Shown here: positions 1-9,601 of the stretch, in pieces | Position numbering within the stretch: the first letter of the stretch is position 1 | Layout of the letters: every line of letters begins with the position of its first letter | Assembly (NCBI GenBank): GCA_039589115.1 | Contig: JBDHHZ010000001.1 | Span: 9,283 to 73,282 of the forward strand | Length of the DNA: 64,000 bases | Source: Gemmatimonadota bacterium | GTDB lineage: Bacteria; Gemmatimonadota; Gemmatimonadetes; Palauibacterales; KS3-K002 | Direction: 5' to 3' | Notes under the pieces: model-generated | Database searches by the model: none | Told to the model about the DNA's origin: nothing | The model's input: the letters and a program-made list of their open reading frames with translations, nothing else | Made by a program: the position numbers and the translations under genes

Positions 1-1025
1 TCGGCGACCTTCTCGTAGAAATCAGCCAGGTCACGGTTCGCACTCAAGACCTCCGCGTCATAGGACGGCAAACCGTACTCATCCATCAGGCGTTGCAGCT
101 TCTGCCGGGGTAACTCCGGGAGAGGGTCGGCCAGCCGGGCAACCGTCGCTTGGTCCAGTTCCAACGTCGGGATGTCCGGCTCGGGGAAGTACCTGTAATC
201 GTGCACCTCTTCCTTCCCGCGCATCGGACGCGCTTCGCCGCGTGCCGGATCCCAGAGCATCGTCTGATGCTCGATCGTGCCGCCCGATACCAGGATGGCA
301 ATGTGCCGGGCCGCCTCGTAGTCCAGCGCTTTCTCGAGCTGGCTGAACGAGTTCATGTTCTTGACTTCGGTCTTGGTCAGCAGTTGCTCGCTGCCGGTGG
401 GACGGACCGAGACGTTCGCATCCACGCGCAAGCTGCCTTCTTCCATGTTGCAGTCGCTCACCTCCAGGTACTCGAGCGTCCGCTTCAGTCTGACCAGGAA
501 GCCGCGCGCCTCAGAGGGCGAGCGAAGGCTGGGCTCGGTGACGATCTCGACGAGTGGTACGCCCGCCCGGTTGAGGTCGACGGCCGTCTGTCTCGGGAAT
601 CGGTCGTGCAGCGACTTACCGGAGTCCTCCTCGACGTGCAGCCGGCGGATCTCCACCCGCCCCTCTTCCCCGCCCGATTCGCTCGGCACATCCAACCGGC
701 CGCCACTGGCCAGCGGCTGATCGTACTGGGTGATCTGGTAGCCCTTGGGCAGATCGGGATAGAAGTAGTTCTTCCGCGCGAACACCGTCCGCTGATGGAG
801 CTCACAGTTGAGGGCACGCGCGGCGAGCACGGCGAACTCGATGGCCTGACGGTTGACCGTCGGCAAAGCGCCCGGCAAGCCCAGACAGACGGGGCAGACA
901 TGCGTGTTGGGCGGCGCCCCGAACTCGACCCGGCAGCCGCAGAACATCTTGCTGGCCGTCTTCAGCTGGACGTGTATCTCGAGACCGATCACGGTCTCGT
1001 AACCGGGGGTCCGCGGCGCGGGCAC
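1..1025 (-). CDS. gatB: Asp-tRNA(Asn)/Glu-tRNA(Gln) amidotransferase subunit B, N-terminal part; gene runs off the window start
   Basis: My minus-strand translation from a GTG at 1025..1023 reads VPAPRTPGYETVIGLEIHVQLKTASKMFCGCRVEFGAPPNTHVCPVCLG..., the classic GatB N-terminus, continuing open to position 1. The gatB GTG directly abuts the gatA TAG stop. Confidence 0.85.
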   Translation of the reverse strand, partial: MPAPRTPGYETVIGLEIHVQLKTASKMFCGCRVEFGAPPNTHVCPVCLGLPGALPTVNRQAIEFAVLAARALNCELHQRTVFARKNYFYPDLPKGYQITQYDQPLASGGRLDVPSESGGEEGRVEIRRLHVEEDSGKSLHDRFPRQTAVDLNRAGVPLVEIVTEPSLRSPSEARGFLVRLKRTLEYLEVSDCNMEEGSLRVDANVSVRPTGSEQLLTKTEVKNMNSFSQLEKALDYEAARHIAILVSGGTIEHQTMLWDPARGEARPMRGKEEVHDYRYFPEPDIPTLELDQATVARLADPLPELPRQKLQRLMDEYGLPSYDAEVLSANRDLADFYEKVA

Positions 1026-2474
1026 CTAGGCGCTCCCTTCCTGGAGCGCGTGTGCTGCGCGCAGCATCGACGGCTCGTCGAAATGGCCGGCCAGGAACTG
1101 GCCGCCCACCGGCAGGCCATCCACCGCCCCGATCGGGACGGAGACGGCCGGCAGGCGTGCCAAGTTCGCCGTCACCGTGAACACATCGGATAGATACATC
1201 TGGACCGGGTCGTCCACCCGCTCGCCGAGTCGGAAAGCCGTGCAGGGCGAGGTCGGAGTGAAGACCACATCGACGCCCTCGGAGAAGACTCGCTCGAAGT
1301 CCTGCGCGATCAGCCGGCGGACTCTCTGGCCCGTGCCGTAGTAGGCGTCATAGTAGCCGGCGGACAGCCCGTACGTACCCAGCACGATCCGCCGCTTTAC
1401 CTCGCGGCCGAACCCGGAGCCGCGCGTCTCGCGGTACACCGCCACAGTGCTCTCGGCGTCGGATGACCGCCGTCCGTACCTCACACCGTCGTAGCGCGCC
1501 AGGTTGCTGGAGGCCTCGGCGTTGGCGATCAGGTAGTAGGCCGGCACCGCGTAGGGCGTGTGGGGGAGCGAGATCTCCCTGATTTCTGCGCCCAGCTTCT
1601 CCAGCCGCTCGATCGCAGACCGGCACGCAGCCGCCACCCGCGCATCGAGGTCGTCGGGGAAGTACTCGCGCGGCACGCCGACCACCAGGCCCTCGAGCCC
1701 CGAGTCGAGGCCTGCGGCGAAATCCGGCACAGGGATATCGGTCGAGGTGGAGTCGAAGCGATCGACTCCGGCGATGACGTTCAGAGCCGCGGCCGCGTCC
1801 CGGACCGTGCGCCCGATGGTGCCGACCTGGTCCAAGCTCGACCCGAAGGCCACCAACCCGTAGCGGCTGACCCGGCCGTACGTGGGCTTGATCCCGACGA
1901 CGCCACAGAAGGAGGCCGGCTGTCTGACGGAGCCGCCGGTGTCGGAGCCCAGGGCCAGCGGCACGAGCCCGGCCGCTACAGCGGCAGCCGATCCACCGGA
2001 GCTACCGCCGGGCACGCATTCCCGGTGCAGCGGGTTTCGCGTTGGACCGAAGCCGCTGTTCTCCGTCGACGAGCCCATAGCGAACTCATCGAGATTCGTC
2101 TTCCCGACGATCAGCGCGCCCGCCGCCCGCAGCTTGCGGATCGCCGTCGCCTCGTACGGCGACACGTGTCCCTCGAGGATCCTCGAACCGCACGTCGTGG
2201 GCAGAGTATGCGTGCAGATGTTGTCCTTGACCGCGACGGGGATACCGTGGAGAGGACCAATTTCATCGCCCTCATCGAGCGCGCGGTCGAGGGCCGCCGC
2301 CAACTCGAACAGCTCCTCTCCACCAACCGAGAGGAACGCATGCAGCGGGGGATCCTGCGCGTCCGAATCGGCGATCGCCTCGACGGTCGCACGCAGAAGA
2401 TCAACGACGCTCAGGCGCCGCGATCTCAGCTCCTCTCGAAGCTCGCTTACCGTAAAGTCCGCAGATCCTGCCAT
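1026..2474 (-). CDS. gatA: glutamyl-tRNA(Gln) amidotransferase subunit A, amidase family
   Basis: 482-aa ORF with the amidase signature GGSSGGSAAAVAAG, between gatC and gatB. Confidence 0.93.
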   Translation of the reverse strand: MAGSADFTVSELREELRSRRLSVVDLLRATVEAIADSDAQDPPLHAFLSVGGEELFELAAALDRALDEGDEIGPLHGIPVAVKDNICTHTLPTTCGSRILEGHVSPYEATAIRKLRAAGALIVGKTNLDEFAMGSSTENSGFGPTRNPLHRECVPGGSSGGSAAAVAAGLVPLALGSDTGGSVRQPASFCGVVGIKPTYGRVSRYGLVAFGSSLDQVGTIGRTVRDAAAALNVIAGVDRFDSTSTDIPVPDFAAGLDSGLEGLVVGVPREYFPDDLDARVAAACRSAIERLEKLGAEIREISLPHTPYAVPAYYLIANAEASSNLARYDGVRYGRRSSDAESTVAVYRETRGSGFGREVKRRIVLGTYGLSAGYYDAYYGTGQRVRRLIAQDFERVFSEGVDVVFTPTSPCTAFRLGERVDDPVQMYLSDVFTVTANLARLPAVSVPIGAVDGLPVGGQFLAGHFDEPSMLRAAHALQEGSA

Positions 2475-2495
2475 CTCCGGCTTCGCTCCCTCCCC

Positions 2496-2813
2496 CTACC
2501 CTCCGTCGCCACCCAAGTCTTCGGCGTCCAGCGCCGGCAGACGCGGCAAAACGAAGTAACCCTCGCGCCAGGCCGGCGCCATCCGATCTAGCGGCTCGGT
2601 CAGTGGATCCTGATCGACACCGTCCTCCCGGGTCGGTGCTGCGTGGTCCAGCGCGCCGGCGGGCTCGGCACTCTCCACATCGACGCGGCGGATCGCCTCG
2701 AAGAACCCTAGGATCGACTGGCAGTCCCGCGTCAGGCCATCCAGCTCGTCCTCGTCAAGCCTGAGCCTGGCCAGTTCGGCGACTTTCTCGACGTCGGAAC
2801 GGTCGATCCCCAT
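2496..2813 (-). CDS. gatC: Asp/Glu-tRNA amidotransferase subunit C
   Basis: 105-aa ORF with GatC-like N-terminus (DVEKVAELARLRLDEDEL), immediately upstream of gatA. Confidence 0.85.
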   Translation of the reverse strand: MGIDRSDVEKVAELARLRLDEDELDGLTRDCQSILGFFEAIRRVDVESAEPAGALDHAAPTREDGVDQDPLTEPLDRMAPAWREGYFVLPRLPALDAEDLGGDGG

Positions 2814-2819
2814 GTCTCG

Positions 2820-5024
2820 CTACTCCTCGAGCTCGAGGTTGGCGTATCGCACCACGACTTTCTTCCTGCCGACCTCGTTGAATTCGATGGTCGCCTTCAG
2901 CTCCCAACCGTGGCCGTCCAGGCCAACGACCGTACCGGCGCCGAAGCGTGGGTGCCGAACGCGACTACCTTCGGCGAGCCCGTCCAGCGGGACGGTCTCT
3001 TGCGACGCCGAATAGTCGTAGGTCAGCTCCCCGTGCCCGCTCTCGCGCTCCACCCGCAGCGGCCAGTCCGTCCAGTCCGCGGCCGTCCGGCGGCTCGATA
3101 CTCTCTCCACGTAGCGGTCCGTCTCGCGCGTTTCCAGCAGCTCCCGCGGTATGGGTCGCAGGAAGCTGGACGGGACGGAAGTCATCCAGTCGCCGGCGCG
3201 ACGGCGGCGCTTGGCGTACGTCATGTAGAGCTTCATCTGGGCTCTAGTGATGCCTACGTAGAACAGCCGGCGCTCCTCCTCGAGCTCCTCGAGGCTGTCG
3301 TGTGAGCGCGAGAGTGGAAACAGGCCCTCCTCCAGGCCCGATATGAGGACGACAGGGAACTCGAGCCCCTTGGCGTTGTGCAGCGTCATCAAGGTCACCG
3401 CATCGGCTTCGGGATCGAGGTTGTCGACATCGGCAACGAGCGAGACCTTCTGGAGAAACATATCGAGTTCCGTAATCTCGCCGATGTCCTCGAGATCCTC
3501 CGCCTCCAGCATCAGCTTCGCATCGAATTCGGAGGCTGCCGCCACCAGCTCCTCCACGTTCGCCGCCCGGTCGATCCCCTCATAGCCTTCCTCGCGGAGA
3601 CTATCCAGCAGCTTGAGCTCGACGATCAGCTCGCCGAGCAGCTGGTGCACGCTCACGTGCGAGGCGAGCGCGCGGTAGCGATCAATCATCTGGGCGAACG
3701 ATTCGAGCGCCGCGGCTCCCGCCGGCCGCATACCGCCGATGGCCCGGGCCGTGCGGGCGGCCTCGAACGGCGTGACCCCCGCCTCACGCGCCCTGGTGAG
3801 CAGCATCGTCAGTGTGGTATCTCCGATGCCCCGGCGCGGATAGTTGACGACTCTGAGAAGCGATCCCGTGTCCTTCGGGTTCGAGATGAGCTTCAGGTAG
3901 GCCAGGACGTCCTTGATCTCACGTCTCTCGTAGAACCGCACGCCCCCGATGATCCTGTATGGCAGGTCTGCATCTCGGAAGGCTTCCTCCAGCGAGCGGC
4001 TCTGCGCGTTGGTCCGGTAGAGGACGACGAAGCTGCGATGGACTAGCTCCGATCCGTTCGCCAGCTGGGCGATAATTTCGCCGGCGATCCATTCCGCTTC
4101 GTCGATCTCGTCCGCCGCCTTGATCATCGTGATGGTCGGACCGCCCTCTCTCTCGGTGAAGAGCGTCTTCCCTTTCCGGTTGATGTTCTCCTCGATGACC
4201 TTGTTCGCAGCCTGCAGGATGACCTGTGTGGAGCGGTAGTTGCGCTGCAAACGAATCGTACGCGCGGCAGGAAAGTCCCGCTCGAACTCCAGGATGTTGC
4301 GGATATCGGCTCCTCGCCAACCGTAGATCGACTGGTCGTCATCGCCGACCACGCACAGATTGCCGTGCTCCCGTGCCAGCAGCTCGATGAACCTGTACTG
4401 GGCATGGTTCGTGTCCTGGTACTCGTCTACCAGAATGAACTTGAAGCGGCGGCGGAATCGCTCGAGCACGTCGGGTTCGGACTCGAACAGCTCGACAGGC
4501 TTCATCAGGAGGTCGTCGAAGTCGAAGGCGTTGGCCTCATGCAGGCGCTTCTGATATGTGGGGTAGACATCGGCCACCGTGCGAGCGAAGGGATCGAGCG
4601 CTGTCTCGGCGAAGGTCTGCGGCGACACGAGCTGGTTCTTCGCAGCCGAGATCGCGCCCTGCACCGCCTGCGGTCTCCAGCGCTTCGGCACCTTGAGGTC
4701 CTCCATCACACGCTTGATGCCGCGCAGGCTGTCATCGGCATCGAGGATGGAGAAGCCTGGGCTGAAGCCCAGCCGGGTGGCGTTGCGCCGGAGGATCCTC
4801 GCACCCATCGAGTGGAACGTGCCGATCCACATGCCGGACGGCTCGGACCCGAGCAGGCCGTGCACACGGTTCCGCATCTCCTCCGCCGCCTTGTTCGTGA
4901 AGGTGACGGCCATGATGAGGTTGGGGTCGACTCCGTGCGGGCCCTCGAAATACTCCACAGCCCGTCGCTGATCGGGGTTAAGCGACTCGAGATACGCCCC
5001 GGTCTTCAGGTCACCCGACGGCAC
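2820..5024 (-). CDS. uvrD: UvrD/PcrA/Rep-family ATP-dependent DNA helicase
   Basis: 734-aa ORF with helicase motifs AVTFTNKAAEEM and VDEYQDTN and a UvrD-like C-terminal domain. Confidence 0.9.
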   Translation of the reverse strand: MPSGDLKTGAYLESLNPDQRRAVEYFEGPHGVDPNLIMAVTFTNKAAEEMRNRVHGLLGSEPSGMWIGTFHSMGARILRRNATRLGFSPGFSILDADDSLRGIKRVMEDLKVPKRWRPQAVQGAISAAKNQLVSPQTFAETALDPFARTVADVYPTYQKRLHEANAFDFDDLLMKPVELFESEPDVLERFRRRFKFILVDEYQDTNHAQYRFIELLAREHGNLCVVGDDDQSIYGWRGADIRNILEFERDFPAARTIRLQRNYRSTQVILQAANKVIEENINRKGKTLFTEREGGPTITMIKAADEIDEAEWIAGEIIAQLANGSELVHRSFVVLYRTNAQSRSLEEAFRDADLPYRIIGGVRFYERREIKDVLAYLKLISNPKDTGSLLRVVNYPRRGIGDTTLTMLLTRAREAGVTPFEAARTARAIGGMRPAGAAALESFAQMIDRYRALASHVSVHQLLGELIVELKLLDSLREEGYEGIDRAANVEELVAAASEFDAKLMLEAEDLEDIGEITELDMFLQKVSLVADVDNLDPEADAVTLMTLHNAKGLEFPVVLISGLEEGLFPLSRSHDSLEELEEERRLFYVGITRAQMKLYMTYAKRRRRAGDWMTSVPSSFLRPIPRELLETRETDRYVERVSSRRTAADWTDWPLRVERESGHGELTYDYSASQETVPLDGLAEGSRVRHPRFGAGTVVGLDGHGWELKATIEFNEVGRKKVVVRYANLELEE

Positions 5025-5027
5025 GCG

Positions 5028-6137
5028 TCAATCCACTCGCTCCGGCAACATCACCGGTAGTTCGACTATGAACTCGGCACCGACTCGTCGCTTGCCGAGC
5101 GTGACCGACCCGCGGTGCGTACTGACTATGATCCGGCGCGTCAGCGTCAGGCCGACGCCCCAGCCGCCTTCCTTACTCGAGATGCCCGGCTCGAAGATCC
5201 GCTTCCTCAGCTCGGGCGTGACGCCCGGCCCGTCGTCCACAAAGCGGATCGTGACACGGCGACCATCCTCTGCGAGCGCAGTGTTCACTCCGATGCGGCC
5301 CCCGAGACCGGCCAATACGTCCACCGCGTTCTTGATGATGTTCTCGAATGCCCACTCGAGGAGCACCGGATTGCCAGCAACCGGCGGAAGGTTGGGGGCC
5401 ACCTGCACGTACAGCTCGATGGAGCGATCCAGACGGGGCAGCCGGCTGGCGAAGTAGCCTTCGAGACGCTGCAACACGTCGCCGACGTCCACCGTCTGCA
5501 AGCGCGGGCGTCGCCCGATCAATTCGAAGCGCTGCGAGACCTTGTTCAGCCGCTCGACGTCGACATCGACCTCACCCGCAATCCTCTCATCGGATGCGAC
5601 TCCGGCTCGCTCGCTCGCCGGCATCCTCATGATCTCGACCCAACCCGCCAACGAGCTGAGCGGCGTACCGAGCTGGTGGGCAGTCTCCCGCGCCATCGTG
5701 GCCCAAACCCTCTCCTGCTCCGCTCGAACCGTCGAGCGGAAGATCCAGGTGCCTGTGAGAACGATGACGATGAGTGTCGCCGCCTGAGCCCAGGCCACCC
5801 AGCGCAGCCGCTCGACAACGGCCGGCATCCCGAAGTGGATCTCGAAGCCGATCCCCTCCTCGACTATCGGCTCGTTCCGCCGGTCGAGATCCGCCGCGTA
5901 CTGCAGCACCCTCCGTTTGCCCTCGGGAGTCGTCAGCTGCAGCATGTCGAACAAGACCTCGACGCTGCTCTCCTGGGCGGGATCGCTCAAGCCCTGGAAA
6001 ACCCGGGCGTACATACGCGACAAGGCCGCCGCGTCGACGTTGACGGCGTTGACCAGCTGCTGTGTGTTGATCAGATACCAGGCGAGAACGGCCCCGAACA
6101 GCAGCGAGAGGCCCACGGCCCAAATACGAGCTCTCAC
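5028..6137 (-). CDS. sensor histidine kinase (HisKA plus HATPase_c), no adjacent response regulator
   Basis: N-terminal transmembrane segments, then an H-box region (ETAHQLGTPLSSL) and ATPase G-boxes (DDGPGV, GGWGVGL). Overlaps the serS stop by 4 nt. Confidence 0.8.
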   Translation of the reverse strand: MRARIWAVGLSLLFGAVLAWYLINTQQLVNAVNVDAAALSRMYARVFQGLSDPAQESSVEVLFDMLQLTTPEGKRRVLQYAADLDRRNEPIVEEGIGFEIHFGMPAVVERLRWVAWAQAATLIVIVLTGTWIFRSTVRAEQERVWATMARETAHQLGTPLSSLAGWVEIMRMPASERAGVASDERIAGEVDVDVERLNKVSQRFELIGRRPRLQTVDVGDVLQRLEGYFASRLPRLDRSIELYVQVAPNLPPVAGNPVLLEWAFENIIKNAVDVLAGLGGRIGVNTALAEDGRRVTIRFVDDGPGVTPELRKRIFEPGISSKEGGWGVGLTLTRRIIVSTHRGSVTLGKRRVGAEFIVELPVMLPERVD

Positions 6138-7414
6138 ACCCGCTCGATCCTCGTGCAGCCCATGTACGGGTGCAGCACCTCAGGGAGCTCCACGCTCCCA
6201 TCCTCCCGCTGATAGTTCTCGAGGATGGCGATCATCGTTCGCGGCAACGCGAGTCCCGAGCCATTGAGCGTGTGAACGAACTCCGGCTTCCCACGAGGCT
6301 CGCGCCGAAAGCGTATGTCGGCGCGCCGCGCCTGGTAGTCGGTGCAGTTCGAGCACGAGGAAACTTCAAGCCAACGCTCGACGCCCGGCGACCATACCTC
6401 CAGATCATAGGTCATCGAACTCGACTGCGCCATGTCGCCGGCCGCGAGTAGTACGACCCGGTAGGTGAGGCCCAAGCGCTGCAGGATCTTCTCGGCATGA
6501 CCGGTGAGCTCCTCGAGCGCCGCCTCCGAGTCCTCGGGGCGCTCCAGTCGTACGAGCTCCACCTTGTCGAACTGGTGGATCCGCAGAATGCCCCGCGTGT
6601 CACGACCGGCGGCGCCGGCCTCGCGCCGGAAACAGGCGGTGTACGCGACGAAATGGCGCGGCAGGCTGTCAGGGGCCAGCACCTCTCCGCCGTGCAGGTT
6701 CGTGAGTGGAACCTCGGCGGTGGGTATCAACCAGAGATCATCTGTCTCTACGTGGTAGGCATCATCGGCCAGCTTCGGCAGCTGGCCCGTTCCCCGCATC
6801 GTCTCGCTCCGCACGATATACGGGGGCTGCACCTCGGTGTGACCGTGCTCCCGGACATGGACGTCGAGCATGAAGTTGATCAGGGCACGCTGCAGGCGGG
6901 CGCCCAAGCCCACGTAGACTGGGAACCCGGAACCGGACAGCTTGGCGCCGCGCTCCAGATCGAGGATGCCGAGCTCGGCGCCGAGATCCCAGTGCGGCCG
7001 CCGCCAGTCCACCGCATCAAGAGGCTCGCCCCACGAACGGACCTCCAGGTTCGCCGACTCGTCGCCGGCGGGTACGTGGGGCTGTGGTGTGTTCGGTATC
7101 TCGAGCAGCAGCTGCTCGATCCGTCCTTCGCTAGCGGCCAACTCCGCGTCGTGGCTGGAGATTCGCTCCGCAACCTCCCGCATGTCGCGGATCAGGTCCG
7201 AAGCGTCTTCGCCCGCCTTCTTCCGATCGGCTATCTCCTTCGACGCCTCGTTGCGGCGCGCCTTGAGCTCCTCGACCGTTTGGATGATCCGGCGCCGCTC
7301 TTCGTCCAGCCGCACGACCTCGCCGAGCGATCCCGTCAAGTCAGGGTCGGCTCGCTTGGCAAGCTGCTCCCCGACCGCATCGGTCTCGAACCGGATTCGC
7401 TTGAGGTCGAGCAT
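6134..7414 (-). CDS. serS: seryl-tRNA synthetase
   Basis: 426-aa ORF with an N-terminal coiled-coil arm and class-II aaRS core motifs (e.g. FRREAGAAGRDTRGILRIHQFDKVE). Confidence 0.93.
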   Translation of the reverse strand: MLDLKRIRFETDAVGEQLAKRADPDLTGSLGEVVRLDEERRRIIQTVEELKARRNEASKEIADRKKAGEDASDLIRDMREVAERISSHDAELAASEGRIEQLLLEIPNTPQPHVPAGDESANLEVRSWGEPLDAVDWRRPHWDLGAELGILDLERGAKLSGSGFPVYVGLGARLQRALINFMLDVHVREHGHTEVQPPYIVRSETMRGTGQLPKLADDAYHVETDDLWLIPTAEVPLTNLHGGEVLAPDSLPRHFVAYTACFRREAGAAGRDTRGILRIHQFDKVELVRLERPEDSEAALEELTGHAEKILQRLGLTYRVVLLAAGDMAQSSSMTYDLEVWSPGVERWLEVSSCSNCTDYQARRADIRFRREPRGKPEFVHTLNGSGLALPRTMIAILENYQREDGSVELPEVLHPYMGCTRIERV

Positions 7415-7428
7415 AGCCTACCGAGCCG

Positions 7429-8016
7429 CTACGTCCCGTCCCCGGTAGCAACGGTGGTGTCGTCGCAGTTGGGATTCCAGAGGAAGCGGAAGCTAATGCG
7501 CATCGGGTCCCCGCCGACGGAGTCGACGACCATCTTCAGGAAGATGTGGCAGGGCAGCGATAGCGAGGGATTGGGTCGACTGCGGATCGCGTAGGTGGCA
7601 CCCGGGTTCACCGGCACGGGCTCCTCGTACTCATAGAACTCCGAATCCCCCGGAAGCAGCGTGATGTTCTCGAAGTCGCCCTGCATCTCCAGTATCCCGG
7701 CGGAAGGCGCCAACGTCTCGAAAAAGCCGCGCGGCAGAAAGAAGGGCTCCCCTTCGATAGCCGCGAAGGCTATGTCCCAGTTCTCGCTCTGATCGACGCG
7801 TACGGTGCGTGGCAGGTTGAGCCCCTGGGCCGCTACGACATCGAAAGCGCTCGAGCGGTCGATGGGGCCGGCGATCAGGTCGTACAGCGTGGCGTCGAAC
7901 GGTACTTCCGGGGGTGGGTAGGAAGTATCTAGGCTGTCGCCACACGAGAGCAGCGCACCCAACGTGAGCAGAAGGGCGACTGTCATACGGGCCGGAGGAC
8001 GCTTGATATTCACCAT
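7429..8016 (-). CDS. hypothetical lipoprotein
   Basis: Internal start (ATG at 8016) gives MVNIKRPPARMTVALLLTLGALLSCG, a signal peptide with a lipobox cysteine. The upstream part of the long ORF is arginine-rich and not protein-like. Confidence 0.5.
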   Translation of the reverse strand: MVNIKRPPARMTVALLLTLGALLSCGDSLDTSYPPPEVPFDATLYDLIAGPIDRSSAFDVVAAQGLNLPRTVRVDQSENWDIAFAAIEGEPFFLPRGFFETLAPSAGILEMQGDFENITLLPGDSEFYEYEEPVPVNPGATYAIRSRPNPSLSLPCHIFLKMVVDSVGGDPMRISFRFLWNPNCDDTTVATGDGT

Positions 8017-8145
8017 GATTGACGGGCCAAGCTTACCCGGGCCGAGCGTGGCTGTCAAGCCGCGAACCCTAGAGAACGCTTGACTTTGTGGGCTCGCGCG
8101 GGTAGCTTGCCCGCACCCCCCGTCCGACCAGACCGTAGGAGCCGA

Positions 8146-8499
8146 ATGCCAACACTCAAGGATCTTCTCGGTCGTCTCTCGAATCGCTCTGAGGTTGAAG
8201 CCGTCTTCATCGTCGGCCAGGACGGGCTCTTGATCGACAGGGTCGGGCCTGCGGAGAGCGATGCGGATGCCGTCGCCGCCATGGCGCCGAATATTCTGCA
8301 CAGCGCTCGCGAGCTCGGTTCGGCCGCCCGTCACGACGGACTCGTCACCGCCGTGGTCGAGTACACCGACGGCGTGGCGATCATCACCGATGTATCGCCC
8401 GACATGATCCTCGTGACCTTCGTCAAGGCGGGAGTGCCGTTCGGCGGACTGCTGTACGAGCTGCGGCACAACCGCGAGCAGATCGCCAAGCTCGTCTGA
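8146..8499 (+). CDS. Roadblock/LC7 (MglB-like) domain protein, orphan copy
   Basis: ATG at 8146 preceded by an AGGAG Shine-Dalgarno. The ~118-aa product has the Roadblock/LC7 fold pattern (AVFIVGQDGLLIDRVG ... VAIITDVSPDMILVTFVKAG). Confidence 0.65.
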   Translation: MPTLKDLLGRLSNRSEVEAVFIVGQDGLLIDRVGPAESDADAVAAMAPNILHSARELGSAARHDGLVTAVVEYTDGVAIITDVSPDMILVTFVKAGVPFGGLLYELRHNREQIAKLV

Positions 8500-8531
8500 G
8501 CCAAACCATCAGAAGACGCGACAGGTCTGGC

Positions 8532-9599
8532 GTGAGCGAGGACGCCGGTTTCGAACGCTGGGTCGTTCTGCTGGCAGGCGGAATCGGATCGAGGTTCTGG
8601 CCCGCTAGCACACCGTCCCGACCAAAGCAATTCCTGCCGCTGGCGGGTGCACGGCCGCTGATCCAGGAGACGGTGGATCGCGCTCGTGCTCTGGCTGCCG
8701 ACGCTCACGTGCTCATCGTCGCCGGCGAGCACCTTCATCCTCACCTCGAGCGTCATCTCGCCGACCTCGATCCCTCGCAATTGCTTCTGGAACCGCAGGC
8801 CAAGGGCACGGCGCCCGCGCTCGCCTGGGCGGCCCAGGAGATCTTAGAGCGTGCCGAACGGCCCGAGCGGGTCGTGATGGTCTCGCTGCACTCCGACCAT
8901 GTGATCCGCCCGCTCGAGACATTCGTCTCGACGTTGGAGAAGGCGGTGGACGCCGCCGGGAACCTGGACCGGTTGCTGACGATAGGCATAAAGCCGACCC
9001 GGCCGGAGACCGGTTACGGCTACATCGAGGTGGGCGACCCGTTATCTCAGGGTGTGTCCGAGGTGCGTCGCTTCGTCGAGAAGCCGGACCGGGAGACTGC
9101 AGAGGGCTACCTGGCGAAGGGCGGCTTCGTCTGGAACTCGGGGATGTTCGTGTGGCGCCCGCAGGTGCTTCTGGCCGAGCTCGCCGCACACGCGCCCGAG
9201 CTGGCCGGCGATCTCGAGCTTCTGAGCGACGGACGGGTGGGCGAGTTTTTTGGCAACGTGCCTACACTGAGCATCGATCATGGTCTGATGGAGCGCAGTC
9301 CGAACATCGCGGTAGTGGACGCGGAGTTCGACTGGGACGACGTGGGCGCCTGGGTGGCGCTGATGAGAGTGAGAGATCTCGATGCCGACGGTAACCTGCT
9401 GGTTGGCGACGCTCACGCGGTGGACTGTCGAGACAGCCTGGTTTGGGCGGAGGACGGCCCCATCGTGGCCTTCGGCTTCTCCGACGTGGTGGTGGTACGC
9501 GCCTCGGGCATCACTTTCGTAGCTCCGCGCGACCGCGCCGTCGACCTCAAGAAGCTTCTCGCGACCCTTCCGGATCACCTCAGGGACGGGTCGACCTGA
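8532..9599 (+). CDS. manC: mannose-1-phosphate guanylyltransferase (nucleotidyltransferase plus cupin-like C-terminus)
   Basis: N-terminal LAGGIGSRFWP nucleotidyltransferase motif; overall similarity to GDP-mannose pyrophosphorylases. Confidence 0.8.
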   Translation: MSEDAGFERWVVLLAGGIGSRFWPASTPSRPKQFLPLAGARPLIQETVDRARALAADAHVLIVAGEHLHPHLERHLADLDPSQLLLEPQAKGTAPALAWAAQEILERAERPERVVMVSLHSDHVIRPLETFVSTLEKAVDAAGNLDRLLTIGIKPTRPETGYGYIEVGDPLSQGVSEVRRFVEKPDRETAEGYLAKGGFVWNSGMFVWRPQVLLAELAAHAPELAGDLELLSDGRVGEFFGNVPTLSIDHGLMERSPNIAVVDAEFDWDDVGAWVALMRVRDLDADGNLLVGDAHAVDCRDSLVWAEDGPIVAFGFSDVVVVRASGITFVAPRDRAVDLKKLLATLPDHLRDGST

Positions 9600-9601
9600 T
9601 C

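Noticed and set aside
150-1193. Long plus-strand ORFs antisense to annotated genes (for example 150-1193, 1560-2591, 5115-6212, 6497-7594, 16464-17714, 17459-18490, 19553-20503, 20740-21675, 32268-33791 (-), 33943-35193 (-), 34964-36085 (-), 41166-42386, 51644-52540)
   Set aside because: They fully overlap strongly conserved genes on the other strand. Their products are Arg/Ala/Pro-rich and low-complexity, which is typical of shadow ORFs in ~67% GC DNA. None has recognisable motifs.
8054-8108. Divergent promoters between the lipoprotein gene and the Roadblock gene (TTGACT-17-TAGCTT on plus; TTGACA-17-TAAGCT on minus)
   Set aside because: The -35 hexamers are good but the -10 hexamers match only about 3/6, so I did not report them as features.
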